Positions 10,285 to 19,115 of a stretch of 64,000 nucleotides of DNA are shown here, piece after piece. Every line of letters starts with the position of its first letter. The first letter of the stretch is position 1. Below the pieces are notes generated by a model that worked only from the letters and a program-made list of their open reading frames with translations, ran no database searches and was not told the DNA's origin. The stretch covers positions 6,965-70,964 of the forward strand of contig JAQTXW010000002.1 of NCBI GenBank assembly GCA_028688575.1, given 5' to 3'. Origin of the DNA: Methylotenera sp. Lineage in GTDB: Bacteria > Pseudomonadota > Gammaproteobacteria > Burkholderiales > Methylophilaceae. The position numbers were made by a program, and so were the translations under genes.

Positions 10285-10410
10285 TTAATGCTTACTTTTT
10301 GGCGTGATACTTGACTTAGCTGGCGTAATAAATCCAGTGGGCACCACAACATCCTTACTTTTTTTGGGCTTTTTTGATTCTTTATTGCCACGCTGCTGAC
10401 CTTTTGCCAT
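10285..10410 (-). CDS. Unlisted 41-aa lysine-rich small protein
   Basis: Read by hand: ATG at 10410, TAA at 10285..10287, product MAKGQQRGNKESKKPKKSKDVVVPTGFITPAKSSITPKSKH. AGGAG lies 7 nt upstream of the ATG. Below the 60-aa cut-off of the ORF track. Confidence 0.55.
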   Translation of the reverse strand: MAKGQQRGNKESKKPKKSKDVVVPTGFITPAKSSITPKSKH

Positions 10411-10521
10411 GATATCGCTCCTATGTGGTTCCTGCATAACTCATCATAGGCTGATGGCTAAATATAGGTGAATTATTTTACGGGGTGCAAAGTAAAATTT
10501 AATTTGCAATTGCAATTGCGA

Positions 10522-10734
10522 TTAGCGCTGTCTAAGCGGCTTTAGTAAATCACTTAAACCATTGTGGTCTATCTCCTGCATGAGTTGTAGCAAACGTCCC
10601 AACTCCCCCTTAGGGAAGCCCTCACGGGCAAACCAGTTAAGATAATTACCTGGCAAATCGGCAATTATTCGCCCTTTGTATTTGCCATAGGGCATTTCAA
10701 GGGTGATAAGCTTTTGTAAGTCTTCTGGATTCAT
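10522..10734 (-). CDS. DUF3820 family protein
   Basis: MPYGKYKGRIIADLPGNYLNWF signature. Start taken at ATG 10734 (MNPEDL...); the ORF is open to 10761. Confidence 0.75.
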   Translation of the reverse strand: MNPEDLQKLITLEMPYGKYKGRIIADLPGNYLNWFAREGFPKGELGRLLQLMQEIDHNGLSDLLKPLRQR

Positions 10735-10827
10735 CTTAGTACACAAATTCACAGCCATCATAACAACTGTAAACGGTTAAACTCCTGGCGCGTTCAGGTA
10801 GAGGAGCTTAACCTGATTAAATTAAAA

Positions 10828-11829
10828 ATGATGAAACAGCTTATACAAAAATTTAATATTTTCATACTACTCTTTTGCCTCTTATTAAGCCTCAGCACTT
10901 TTGCAACAGCAGCGTCTTTACGTGAACTTTGGCAACAGCAACAAGCTGAAAAAAAGGCAGAAAAGCAGCAACAGGTTAATTCAGCACTCAATGCGGGTAC
11001 TTACACATTCACACTTGAGCATAGCAACATCAAGCGCAAATATATGCTGCATATACCCCAAAACCACCAAGCACAATCTTCCGCACCCTTGGTCATCTCA
11101 CTACACGGCGGTGGTAGCAATATGCGCTATCAAGCTACTGACGACTATTATGGCATAATTAGCAAGTCTGAATCTGCAGGATTTATTGCCGTATTTCCCA
11201 ATGGCTATAGCCGATCTGATTCAGGTAAGCTAGCCACTTGGAATGCGGGTATTTGCTGTGGCCTCGCGCGTGACAAGCAAATTGATGACGTAGACTTTAT
11301 CCGAAAAGTGATAGACGATGTTAAAACACGGGTAAATATTGACGCACAGCGCATTTACGCCAACGGCATGTCAAATGGCGGCATGATGGCTTATCGCCTG
11401 GCCTGTGAAATGCCTGACACCATTCGAGCTATAGCATCCGTCACTGGCACGGATGGCACGCAAACCTGCCCGCATTCTAAACCCATCTCGGTGCTGCACA
11501 TTCATGCGCTGGATGATGATCGCGTGCTGTTTAATGGCGGCTCTGGCAGTCACTCAAGCACCCATGCCAACTTTAGCTCAGTCCCCGACACCATCGCAAA
11601 ATGGGTGCGTGGCAATGGATGTAACCCCACGCCGCAGCGCATACTCCAGGATGCAGGCGCCTATTGCGATGTTTACAATGCCTGTCAGCAGAACACACAA
11701 GTTAAACTATGTGTCACAGAAACGGGCGGACATGCCTGGCCTGGCGGCAAAAAAGTACGGGGCAGCACACCTGGCTCAACCGCCATCAATGCCACAGATT
11801 TAATCTGGGATTTTTACGAGAGAAATTAA
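10828..11829 (+). CDS. Secreted PHB-depolymerase-family esterase (LpqC-like)
   Basis: Signal peptide, LHGGG oxyanion-type motif, and GMSNGG nucleophile elbow. Confidence 0.75.
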   Translation: MMKQLIQKFNIFILLFCLLLSLSTFATAASLRELWQQQQAEKKAEKQQQVNSALNAGTYTFTLEHSNIKRKYMLHIPQNHQAQSSAPLVISLHGGGSNMRYQATDDYYGIISKSESAGFIAVFPNGYSRSDSGKLATWNAGICCGLARDKQIDDVDFIRKVIDDVKTRVNIDAQRIYANGMSNGGMMAYRLACEMPDTIRAIASVTGTDGTQTCPHSKPISVLHIHALDDDRVLFNGGSGSHSSTHANFSSVPDTIAKWVRGNGCNPTPQRILQDAGAYCDVYNACQQNTQVKLCVTETGGHAWPGGKKVRGSTPGSTAINATDLIWDFYERN

Positions 11830-11864
11830 TAAGTCAGTCGCCAGTAAACAGCCTCTAGGGGTAT

Positions 11865-12395
11865 TTACTTTAAAGCAGGGGTAATTAACTGCATAATCTC
11901 AGGGTCATCAGGCTGCGTGGTGCTATTGAAGCTTTTCACTGTTTTGCCATCGGCAGAAATGACATATTTATGAAAGTTCCATTTTGGTGCAGATCCTGAT
12001 GCGCTGGCAAGTGCCTTGTAAAACGGAATGGCAGCGCTACCGACAACCGTGCTTTTGGTGACCATTGGGAACTTAACCCCATAGGTCTGACGACAAAAGT
12101 CACCAATCGCAGCATCATTGCTTAATTCCTGCTTAAAATCATTGGATGGAAAACCCACCACCAGCAAACCTTGATCTTTATAACGACTGTACAAGCCCTC
12201 AAGCTTATCAAACTGCGGTGTAAACCCACATTTGCTGGCCGTGTTGACGACCAAAATCGGCTTGCCCTGATAATCACAAAGATTAAGCGCCTTACCTTGC
12301 AGAGTTTTAAGCTGATGATTCAGCAGTGCGGGGCACTCCGCAGCATGAGCGATAGGAGCAAGTAAAAAAAGCAACACGGCAAATAGGTAAGGCAT
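11865..12395 (-). CDS. Glutathione peroxidase (Cys-type, periplasmic)
   Basis: Gpx motifs (NTASKCGFTPQ, LVVGFPSNDF, KWNFHKY). ATG at 12395 gives a signal peptide (MPYLFAVLLFLLAPIAHA). The longer ORF to 12497 looks like an extension only. Confidence 0.9.
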   Translation of the reverse strand: MPYLFAVLLFLLAPIAHAAECPALLNHQLKTLQGKALNLCDYQGKPILVVNTASKCGFTPQFDKLEGLYSRYKDQGLLVVGFPSNDFKQELSNDAAIGDFCRQTYGVKFPMVTKSTVVGSAAIPFYKALASASGSAPKWNFHKYVISADGKTVKSFNSTTQPDDPEIMQLITPALK

Positions 12396-12510
12396 ACGGC
12401 ACTCCTGACAATCAATCACCTCTATGACGCGAATATCTGTTCTAAGTTCATTGTCAGCAAATATTAGCGCATTCAGTTTGTAAACCTCAGGAAGCAAATA
12501 TGCCAGTTAA

Positions 12511-12550
12511 AACAAAAAAGCCTGCCAGGTGTTTAACTTAGCAGGCTTTT
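12511..12550 (-). terminator. Intrinsic terminator of the tRNA-Val/tRNA-Asp unit
   Basis: Minus strand: AGCCUGC...GCAGGCU stem (12519..12525 with 12541..12547) followed by UUUUUUGUUUU, starting 7 nt after the tRNA-Asp CCA end. Confidence 0.8.
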
Positions 12551-12557
12551 CTGATGT

Positions 12558-12634
12558 TGGCGGAGTGGACGGGACTCGAACCCGCGACCCCCGGCGTGAC
12601 AGGCCGGTATTCTAACCAACTGAACTACCACTCC
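12558..12634 (-). tRNA. tRNA-Asp (GTC)
   Basis: The reverse complement folds as a 77-nt cloverleaf, GGAGTGG...CCTGTCACG...CCACTCCGCCA. Near identical to E. coli tRNA-Asp, with encoded CCA. Confidence 0.97.
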
Positions 12635-12691
12635 TAAAAATTGACGTAAAGACTAATTACGATTTTTTCTGAGTACACATTAGTAAACACG

Positions 12692-12767
12692 TGGTGGGTG
12701 CTAACGGGGTCGAACCGCTGACATTCGCCTTGTAAGGGCGACGCTCTACCAACTGAGCTAAGCACCC
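12692..12767 (-). tRNA. tRNA-Val (TAC)
   Basis: Reverse complement GGGTGCTTAGCTCAG...CCCTTACAAGG...GGTTCGA...AGCACCCACCA, 76 nt, anticodon TAC. Confidence 0.97.
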
Positions 12768-12789
12768 GTGTCTTGCTAATGAGGTCGGC

Positions 12790-12818
12790 ATAATACAACA
12801 TAAGTTATATTTTTCCAA
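12790..12818 (-). promoter_or_regulatory. Candidate sigma70 promoter for tRNA-Val/Asp
   Basis: Minus strand: TTGGAA (12813..12818), 17-nt spacer, TATTAT (12790..12795), about 22 nt upstream of the tRNA-Val 5' end. Confidence 0.35.
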
Positions 12819-12900
12819 CAACAAATAGCAGCTACTTACAAATTTTTTAAAATTTTTAGCGGGTTTCTGATTAAATCGAAGACTAACCCCATGATTAATG

Positions 12901-14886
12901 TCAACTTCCTCCTGCTTTCCATTGTGCGTTAAGCAAGCGGTCTTGACGCTCATCGGGCAGGCGTCTGACAAATGAGCAAGCTTGACGGTGGATGGTGACC
13001 CCTCGGTCACATGTGACATAGGCGACAATGGCATCTGGAAAAGCAGGTTTGCAGCATTTTGCCATGTTGGTCTGCAGGTTGCCGACACCCTCTACTGTGA
13101 CCGCTTCTGCAATACCAGATGCGACTACTTTTTTTATCTGAATCTGGCTGTTTTTTACTACAGGCTTTGCGGAGATTAGCTCCTGAATCGCTGTTGCAAG
13201 CTGATATTCAGTCACATCGCCTCGACCAATCGCGTTTAGAAAATCTTCCAGCTTCTTAAAGTGCAACTTTTGCGCGATTTTTTCTTGACTCAAGGCTCCC
13301 GCGCCTGCACGATGCAGCTCTTTATCCAGCTTTTCGCGGCCCTGCGTGATATTGGCTTCTGCATTCAGGTGCTTAAACCAGTGCCTCACTTTGGCACGGG
13401 CACTGGCGCTTTTCAAATAACCAAGGGCTGGGCTTAACCAATCCCGACTTGGCGCACTCTGTTTGTTGGTTAAAATTTCAACGCGCTGGGCATTCTGCAG
13501 TTTGTAATTAAGCGGCACAATATGCCCATCCACCATTGCGCCACGCGTTCTGTGGCCCAAGTCCGTATGCAGCGCATAGGCAAAATCAATGGGGGTGGCA
13601 TCTTTGGGTAGGTCAATTACCCGACCTTGCGGTGTGAATACATAGACATTATCCTGAAATAGCTCAGTCTTGAACTGATCAAGCAAGTCTGCACTGTCTG
13701 TAGGCGCCTCTTTCCAGGTTAATATTTGGCGTAACCAGGCTATTTTTTCGTCCAGCATGGCGTCTGATTTGCCACCTTCTTTATAGCGCCAATGTGCTGC
13801 CACACCCAGTTCGGAGTATTCATGCATTTCAAAAGTGCGAATCTGCACCTCGAGTGCCAAGCCTTCTGGCCCATTGACCGCAGTATGCAAGGAGCGATAA
13901 TGGTTGCTTTTAGGTCGTGCGATATAATCATCAAACTCGCCAGAAATCGGCTGCCATAGGCTTTGTACCAGACTGAGCGCCTCGTAACAATCTTTCACCT
14001 CATCCACCAGAATCCGTACCGCGCGCACATCAAACAGCTGTTCAAAATCAAGGTGTTTACGCCGCATTTTGTTAATGATGCTGTAAATATGTTTGGGGCG
14101 ACCAGATACCTCAGCACGAATACCTGCCTCAGATAATTTTTGCTTGAGTGTTTCTTCCACATGCTTGATGTACTGCTCACGATCAAGCCTGCGTGAATCA
14201 AGTAGCTTGGCTACTTCTTTATATAAATGCGGCTCAAGATAACGCAGAGAAAGATCTTCCATCTCCCATTTAAGCTGCCAAACGCCAAGCCGATTAGCCA
14301 GTGGTGAAAACACGCCCTGAACGCCATGTGCAACCTGCTTTTGCAGTGCTTCACTGGCGCCTGCTAGCTGACGTAATGTTTGCGTACGCTCAGCGAGCTT
14401 AATCAGCACGACTCGGATATCCTGCACCATTGCCAGCAGCATCTTACGCAGGCTTTCAACATGGCTACCTAAATCAACACGGGTCTTATCCCGCGCATGC
14501 AGAGCCTCCAACTCACTAAAGGCTTGTACTTGCTCGATTCGCAAAACACCCTCTAGCAAGCTTACGACATTGTGACCAAAGCGCGCCTTTATCGTTTCTT
14601 GCCAATTATCAATATGTTGCGGTGCCGCATACAAAATGGCGGCAACGATTGTTTCAGCATCCAGGTTTAGGCTAATCAGTATCGCCGCTGTGCCCGTTGC
14701 ATGCTGTAACAAGGGCACACCTGTAGACTCGGTATGCGAAGCATAGGCCAATGTAGCCAACTCACAAGCCTGGCGAATGAGTGCAATTTCTACAACTGAA
14801 AAATAGCGGGATAATGAATCAAGCCAAACCTCTGTTTCACGGTCTGACAATGCTGGAATCTGTAATGAACTAGAGCCATGAATCAT
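12901..14886 (-). CDS. relA: GTP pyrophosphokinase RelA ((p)ppGpp synthetase I), lacking the usual C-terminal ACT/RRM domain
   Basis: Degenerate hydrolase domain with no HD motif. Synthetase motifs present (RPKHIYSI, FDVRAVRILV, EVQIRTFEMH, AAHWRYKEG), plus TGS and the Cys-rich ZFD (CCKPAFPDAIVAY...IHRQAC). The ORF stops right after AQWKAGGS. Confidence 0.9.
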   Translation of the reverse strand: MIHGSSSLQIPALSDRETEVWLDSLSRYFSVVEIALIRQACELATLAYASHTESTGVPLLQHATGTAAILISLNLDAETIVAAILYAAPQHIDNWQETIKARFGHNVVSLLEGVLRIEQVQAFSELEALHARDKTRVDLGSHVESLRKMLLAMVQDIRVVLIKLAERTQTLRQLAGASEALQKQVAHGVQGVFSPLANRLGVWQLKWEMEDLSLRYLEPHLYKEVAKLLDSRRLDREQYIKHVEETLKQKLSEAGIRAEVSGRPKHIYSIINKMRRKHLDFEQLFDVRAVRILVDEVKDCYEALSLVQSLWQPISGEFDDYIARPKSNHYRSLHTAVNGPEGLALEVQIRTFEMHEYSELGVAAHWRYKEGGKSDAMLDEKIAWLRQILTWKEAPTDSADLLDQFKTELFQDNVYVFTPQGRVIDLPKDATPIDFAYALHTDLGHRTRGAMVDGHIVPLNYKLQNAQRVEILTNKQSAPSRDWLSPALGYLKSASARAKVRHWFKHLNAEANITQGREKLDKELHRAGAGALSQEKIAQKLHFKKLEDFLNAIGRGDVTEYQLATAIQELISAKPVVKNSQIQIKKVVASGIAEAVTVEGVGNLQTNMAKCCKPAFPDAIVAYVTCDRGVTIHRQACSFVRRLPDERQDRLLNAQWKAGGS

Positions 14887-14892
14887 TGCTGT

Positions 14893-15102
14893 CTAGTCTT
14901 CTATTCTAAAACCCACCTTGATAGTAACCTGATAGTGGGCAACCTGCCCATTCACAATATGCCCCCTTGTTTCTACCACTTCAAACCAGTCCAGGTGTTT
15001 AACTGTTAATGCTGCCTTCGCAATCGCGTTACGAATCGCATCGTCCGTACCAATGTTAGAAGTACCTACTAACTCGATAAGCTTATAAGTATGCGCTGTC
15101 AT
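14893..15102 (-). CDS. Dodecin family flavin-binding protein
   Basis: 69 aa: YKLIELVGTS...DDAIRNAI...WFEVVETRGHI...YQVTIKVGF. AAGGGG lies 7 nt upstream. The stop is 6 nt before the relA start. Confidence 0.85.
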   Translation of the reverse strand: MTAHTYKLIELVGTSNIGTDDAIRNAIAKAALTVKHLDWFEVVETRGHIVNGQVAHYQVTIKVGFRIED

Positions 15103-15353
15103 TTAGTGCCCCTTAATCAAAAATGGCGGTTTCAAGGTTGAAGTACACGAATGTAGTATTGAGCAAGATTGTATTTCCATAGTCAATTTATATCAATGAG
15201 TTAGAGTTAATTATTCATCAAACTAATCTTTCTATATTTTGCATGGTTGGGAATGAAACTGGGAATTTCTCGGCAATGTTTAGATTTTCCCTATTTGAGG
15301 GAAGATACTGAATTTTGAAATCAAAGTCAGAACTGGTGCTCGCTCAATTTACA

Positions 15354-15383
15354 AATAAAAAAAGCCCACATGAAAGTGAGCTT
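15354..15383 (-). terminator. Intrinsic terminator after tRNA-Phe
   Basis: Minus strand: GCUCAC-UUUCAU-GUGGGC stem-loop followed by UUUUUUUAUUU. Confidence 0.6.
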
Positions 15384-15391
15384 AATTTAAT

Positions 15392-15467
<76 letters not shown>

Positions 15468-15512
15468 CTCTTTGCTGACTTGCAAACTTCGGTAAATGTT
15501 TGCAAGTCGCGC

Positions 15513-15542
15513 ATTATAGCAAACTTCATTGAACTCTGACAA
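15513..15542 (-). promoter_or_regulatory. Candidate sigma70 promoter for tRNA-Phe
   Basis: Minus strand: TTGTCA (15537..15542), 18-nt spacer, TATAAT (15513..15518). The roughly 40-nt leader contains a 9-bp inverted repeat (CTTGCAAAC/GTTTGCAAG). Confidence 0.5.
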
Positions 15543-15604
15543 AAAATTTATAAAACTTTTATCTTTTTATGGATAGCTTGGACAACCATGTAAAATCCGT
15601 ATTT

Positions 15605-16666
15605 ATGAATTTCGATATCACTCAGCCTAATCACGCACTTAAAGACGCGTTGATGCGAAAGATTAATCAAAAGACCAAGCCTGTTGGTGCATTGGGTTTG
15701 CTGGAGTCCATTGCTTTACAGGTGGGTTTGGTGCAGCAAACGTTGTCGCCACAGTTAATGAATCCCACAATTCTGGTTTTTGCAGGGGATCATGGTATTG
15801 CTGATGCGGGTGTTAGCCCTTATCCGCAGACGGTTACCGCACAAATGGTGTATAACTTTTTGCAGGGCGGGGCAGCAATCAATGTGTTTGCACGACAAAA
15901 TAATATACGGCTGCGCGTGATTGATGCGGGTGTGAATCATGATTTTTCTGCGCATCCAGATTTAACGCATGCCAAGATTGGTTATGGCACTGTGAATTTC
16001 TTAAGGCGTGCCGCCATGACTGTTGCGCAATGCGAGCAGGCACTAAGCACGGGGGCGAGCTTAGCACGAGAGGAGGTGGCATATGGCGCTAATGTATTGG
16101 CGTTTGGAGAAATGGGCATCGGCAATACTTCGTCTGCCAGTTGCTTGATGCGGGTGCTGTGTGATTTGCCGCTTGATCAGTGCGTAGGGCGTGGCACGGG
16201 TTTGGATGATGCGGGACTTGCGAAAAAACAGGCGATTTTGAGTGATGCGTTACATTTTCATCAGTTAGGAGCAGATAAGCCCATGCAGGTGCTTGCGACG
16301 TTTGGTGGTTTTGAAATTGCGATGATGGTAGGGGCAATGCTGGGTGCGGCTGAACAAGGTGCAATATTGCTGATAGATGGCTTTATTGCCACAAGCGCAC
16401 TGCTGGTTGCTTATAAATTACAGCCTGATATTTTAAATTATGCTGTATTTACGCATTGTTCGGGTGAAGCGGGGCATCGCTGCTTGCTTGAATATCTAAA
16501 TGCTAAACCGTTGCTGGATGTGGGCTTGCGTTTGGGTGAGGGTACAGGAGCAGTGCTCGCTTATCCACTGGTATTGGCGGCGGTTAGTTTTTTAAATGAA
16601 ATGGCTTCATTTGAGAGTGCTGGAGTGAGTGAAAGTACGTGTGGAACAGAAAGCGTGGGTGCCTGA
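15605..16666 (+). CDS. cobT: Nicotinate-nucleotide--dimethylbenzimidazole phosphoribosyltransferase
   Basis: [26 protein letters not shown] and LRLGEGTG motifs. Start taken at ATG 15605; the ORF is open from 15569. Confidence 0.93.
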   Translation: MNFDITQPNHALKDALMRKINQKTKPVGALGLLESIALQVGLVQQTLSPQLMNPTILVFAGDHGIADAGVSPYPQTVTAQMVYNFLQGGAAINVFARQNNIRLRVIDAGVNHDFSAHPDLTHAKIGYGTVNFLRRAAMTVAQCEQALSTGASLAREEVAYGANVLAFGEMGIGNTSSASCLMRVLCDLPLDQCVGRGTGLDDAGLAKKQAILSDALHFHQLGADKPMQVLATFGGFEIAMMVGAMLGAAEQGAILLIDGFIATSALLVAYKLQPDILNYAVFTHCSGEAGHRCLLEYLNAKPLLDVGLRLGEGTGAVLAYPLVLAAVSFLNEMASFESAGVSESTCGTESVGA

Positions 16667-17472
16667 TGTTGCGTTTTTTGTGTAACGAAAGACGCTATTT
16701 CTTACTGGCTATCGGGTTTTTTACACGTATCCCTGTGCCGAGTTTCCAGGATTTTCGCACAGAAGATTTAAATCTTTCTGCTAAGTATTTTCCTTTAGTG
16801 GGGTTGTTTGTCGGTATGCTCGGTGCGGGCGCGTACACGCTGGCTAGCGATGTGTTGCCACACAGCATTGCGGTTTTATTGAGTATGGCAATGACGATCT
16901 ATATTACTGGCGCTTTTCATGAAGATGGTTTGGCAGACAGTGCAGATGGCCTCGGTGGTTCATGGGAGCGAGAGCGAATACTTACTATCATGCAAGACTC
17001 TCGTTTGGGAACTTATGGGGCTATTGCGCTATTTTTGATGTTGTTTGGAAAGTATCAGCTATTAGAAGCGTTGCCAGCTTATTACCTGCCTTTTATTTTG
17101 GTTATTGGGCACACATTAAGCAGACTATGCGCGCTATATGTGATGGCAGATTTAAGCTACGTAAAAGTCGAAGGTAAGGCCAAGCCACTTGCTACAAAAG
17201 TTAAGCCTACGGATTTAGTTGTAGCGACGGTATTTGGAGTGTTGCCTATCCCGCTGATTTACTACAATTTTTCACCCTTCATATTTACCGTGCATGACTG
17301 GTTATTGCTCGGTGTTTATTGTTTGCTACCTGTACTTTTCGTGTGGATCTGGTGGCGCAATAAGATTAAGCACTGGCTGGGGGGCTATACGGGGGATTGC
17401 CTAGGCGCAATGCAGCAGCTCACCGAGCTTGCACTATATATTGGTTTGCTTGCCTGGTATCAGCAGCTATGA
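16666..17472 (+). CDS. cobS: Adenosylcobinamide-GDP ribazoletransferase (cobalamin synthase)
   Basis: Polytopic membrane protein with FFTRIPVP, GAFHEDGLADSADG and YTGDCLGA motifs. ATGA overlap with the cobT stop. Confidence 0.93.
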   Translation: MLRFLCNERRYFLLAIGFFTRIPVPSFQDFRTEDLNLSAKYFPLVGLFVGMLGAGAYTLASDVLPHSIAVLLSMAMTIYITGAFHEDGLADSADGLGGSWERERILTIMQDSRLGTYGAIALFLMLFGKYQLLEALPAYYLPFILVIGHTLSRLCALYVMADLSYVKVEGKAKPLATKVKPTDLVVATVFGVLPIPLIYYNFSPFIFTVHDWLLLGVYCLLPVLFVWIWWRNKIKHWLGGYTGDCLGAMQQLTELALYIGLLAWYQQL

Positions 17473-18035
17473 ATCTACACCTGATACGCCATACTTCACT
17501 CGACATTCCCTCTGGCATCTGCTATGGACAAAGCGATGTGGATGTTTCAGCAAACTTTGAGGCCGAGTGCGCCACGCTGGCGACTAAACTAACTGCGATT
17601 AAATTTGATGCAGTTTATACCAGCCCATTAATGCGTTGCACTAAGCTCGCGCAGGCACTCAATCTGAGTACGGTTCATATAGATGAGCGTTTGAAAGAGC
17701 TGCATTTCGGTGACTGGGAAATGCAGGCTTGGAATAGCATTCCACGTGATGTTTTTGATACGTGGGCCAATGATTATGCGAATCTTACACCGCCTAATGG
17801 TGAGAGCTTCTCACAGCTTCACGCACGTGCAAAGTCATTTACAGAGGAAGTGAGCATCCACTCTAGCGGCAAGAGTATAGCTGTTGTGACACACGGCGGC
17901 GTTATTCGCGCCATACTTGCAGAGGTGCTGAACATGCCGTTAAAAGGCTTATTCAGGATTGTGATTGATCATGCCAGCGTCACACATATTTCGTTTAATG
18001 ACACGGTACCAAGCATCCATTTTGTGAATCGATAA
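17469..18035 (+). CDS. cobC: Alpha-ribazole phosphatase (histidine phosphatase family)
   Basis: LIRHT catalytic motif and a VTHGGVIR second His motif. ATGA overlap with the cobS stop. Confidence 0.85.
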   Translation: MNLHLIRHTSLDIPSGICYGQSDVDVSANFEAECATLATKLTAIKFDAVYTSPLMRCTKLAQALNLSTVHIDERLKELHFGDWEMQAWNSIPRDVFDTWANDYANLTPPNGESFSQLHARAKSFTEEVSIHSSGKSIAVVTHGGVIRAILAEVLNMPLKGLFRIVIDHASVTHISFNDTVPSIHFVNR

Positions 18036-18047
18036 CTTGCTTACCTG

Positions 18048-19091
18048 TTATTGGCTGAGAACGTAGCCTTGTTCACGAAATAGTTTGCAACACGCATCGA
18101 CAACTGCAGGGTCGTAAGCAGTGCCACGATGCGTCTCAATTTCCTTCAGCGCAGCTTCAATACCTAAGCCAGGTCGATAGGGCCGATGTGATGCCATAGA
18201 TTCTACAACGTCGGCTACCATGATTACTTTTGCCTCAAGCAGAATTTGATCGGCTTTCAGGCCATAAGGATAACCTGAACCGTCTAGTCTTTCGTGGTGC
18301 TGTAGCACAATCTGTGCAATTGGCCATGGATAATCCACCGTTTTAAGTAGTTCATAGCCGTTTTGCGCATGCGTTTTAATTAACTCGAATTCTATATTGC
18401 TCAATTGACTGGGTTTAACGAGAATCTCGCTAGGAATCTTAATCTTACCCACATCATGTACAACCCCTGCTAACTGAATACCTTCAATCTGAGTTTGCGT
18501 AAGTTGCATAATTTTGGCGATGGCAACGGAAATCTCCGCCACACGCCGTTGATGCCCCGCTGTGTATGGGTCACGCATTTCGACGATAGCAGCCAGCATC
18601 GACACAGAATCTAGCAGATTAGTCTTGAGCTTTTGCTCACTCTCTAATAATTGCGCAGTGCGCTCATCCACCATGTCGGATAAATGATGGCGTAATCGAT
18701 GTAATTCCAAATGTGCCTTCACACGCGACAATAACTCATCGCGCTGGTAAGGTTTGGTCACATAATCCACTGCACCGAGTGCAAAGCCATGTACTTTCTC
18801 GTCAGTTTCAGATGCTGCAGATACAAAAATCACCGGAATCTCTTGGGTTTCAGGTGCGGCCTTAAGGCGTTTGCATACCTCAAAGCCATCCATTTCCGGC
18901 ATGCGAATGTCTAACAAAATTAAATCTGGGGGGGAAATGGCAGCTGCATTTAACGCCAATTCACCATTTATTGCTGAACGGACTTCGTAACCCTCTGACT
19001 TCATAATGTCTGTGAGCAGTTTGAGTGAGGCGGGGGTATCATCTACAACCAGTATTTTGTAAGGCTCGCTCGATAATAGGTTAGCTGTCAT
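18048..19091 (-). CDS. Two-component response regulator, REC plus HD-GYP (c-di-GMP phosphodiesterase type)
   Basis: REC domain (ILVVDD, LLDIRMPEMDG, KP) followed by HD-GYP motifs (HDVGK, HHERLDGSGYP). Confidence 0.9.
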   Translation of the reverse strand: MTANLLSSEPYKILVVDDTPASLKLLTDIMKSEGYEVRSAINGELALNAAAISPPDLILLDIRMPEMDGFEVCKRLKAAPETQEIPVIFVSAASETDEKVHGFALGAVDYVTKPYQRDELLSRVKAHLELHRLRHHLSDMVDERTAQLLESEQKLKTNLLDSVSMLAAIVEMRDPYTAGHQRRVAEISVAIAKIMQLTQTQIEGIQLAGVVHDVGKIKIPSEILVKPSQLSNIEFELIKTHAQNGYELLKTVDYPWPIAQIVLQHHERLDGSGYPYGLKADQILLEAKVIMVADVVESMASHRPYRPGLGIEAALKEIETHRGTAYDPAVVDACCKLFREQGYVLSQ

Positions 19092-19115
19092 GCGTAAGTC
19101 GCTTCATCTAATGCT

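Noticed and set aside
11865-12395. Possible selenocysteine recoding in the glutathione peroxidase
   Set aside because: The active-site residue is encoded as Cys (NTASKCGF). There is no in-frame TGA and no SECIS-like hairpin.
12657-13088. 143-aa minus-strand ORF spanning tRNA-Val and the relA 3' end
   Set aside because: It overlaps a bona fide tRNA gene and the relA coding frame, and its sequence has no recognisable motifs. It is an ORF-finder artefact.
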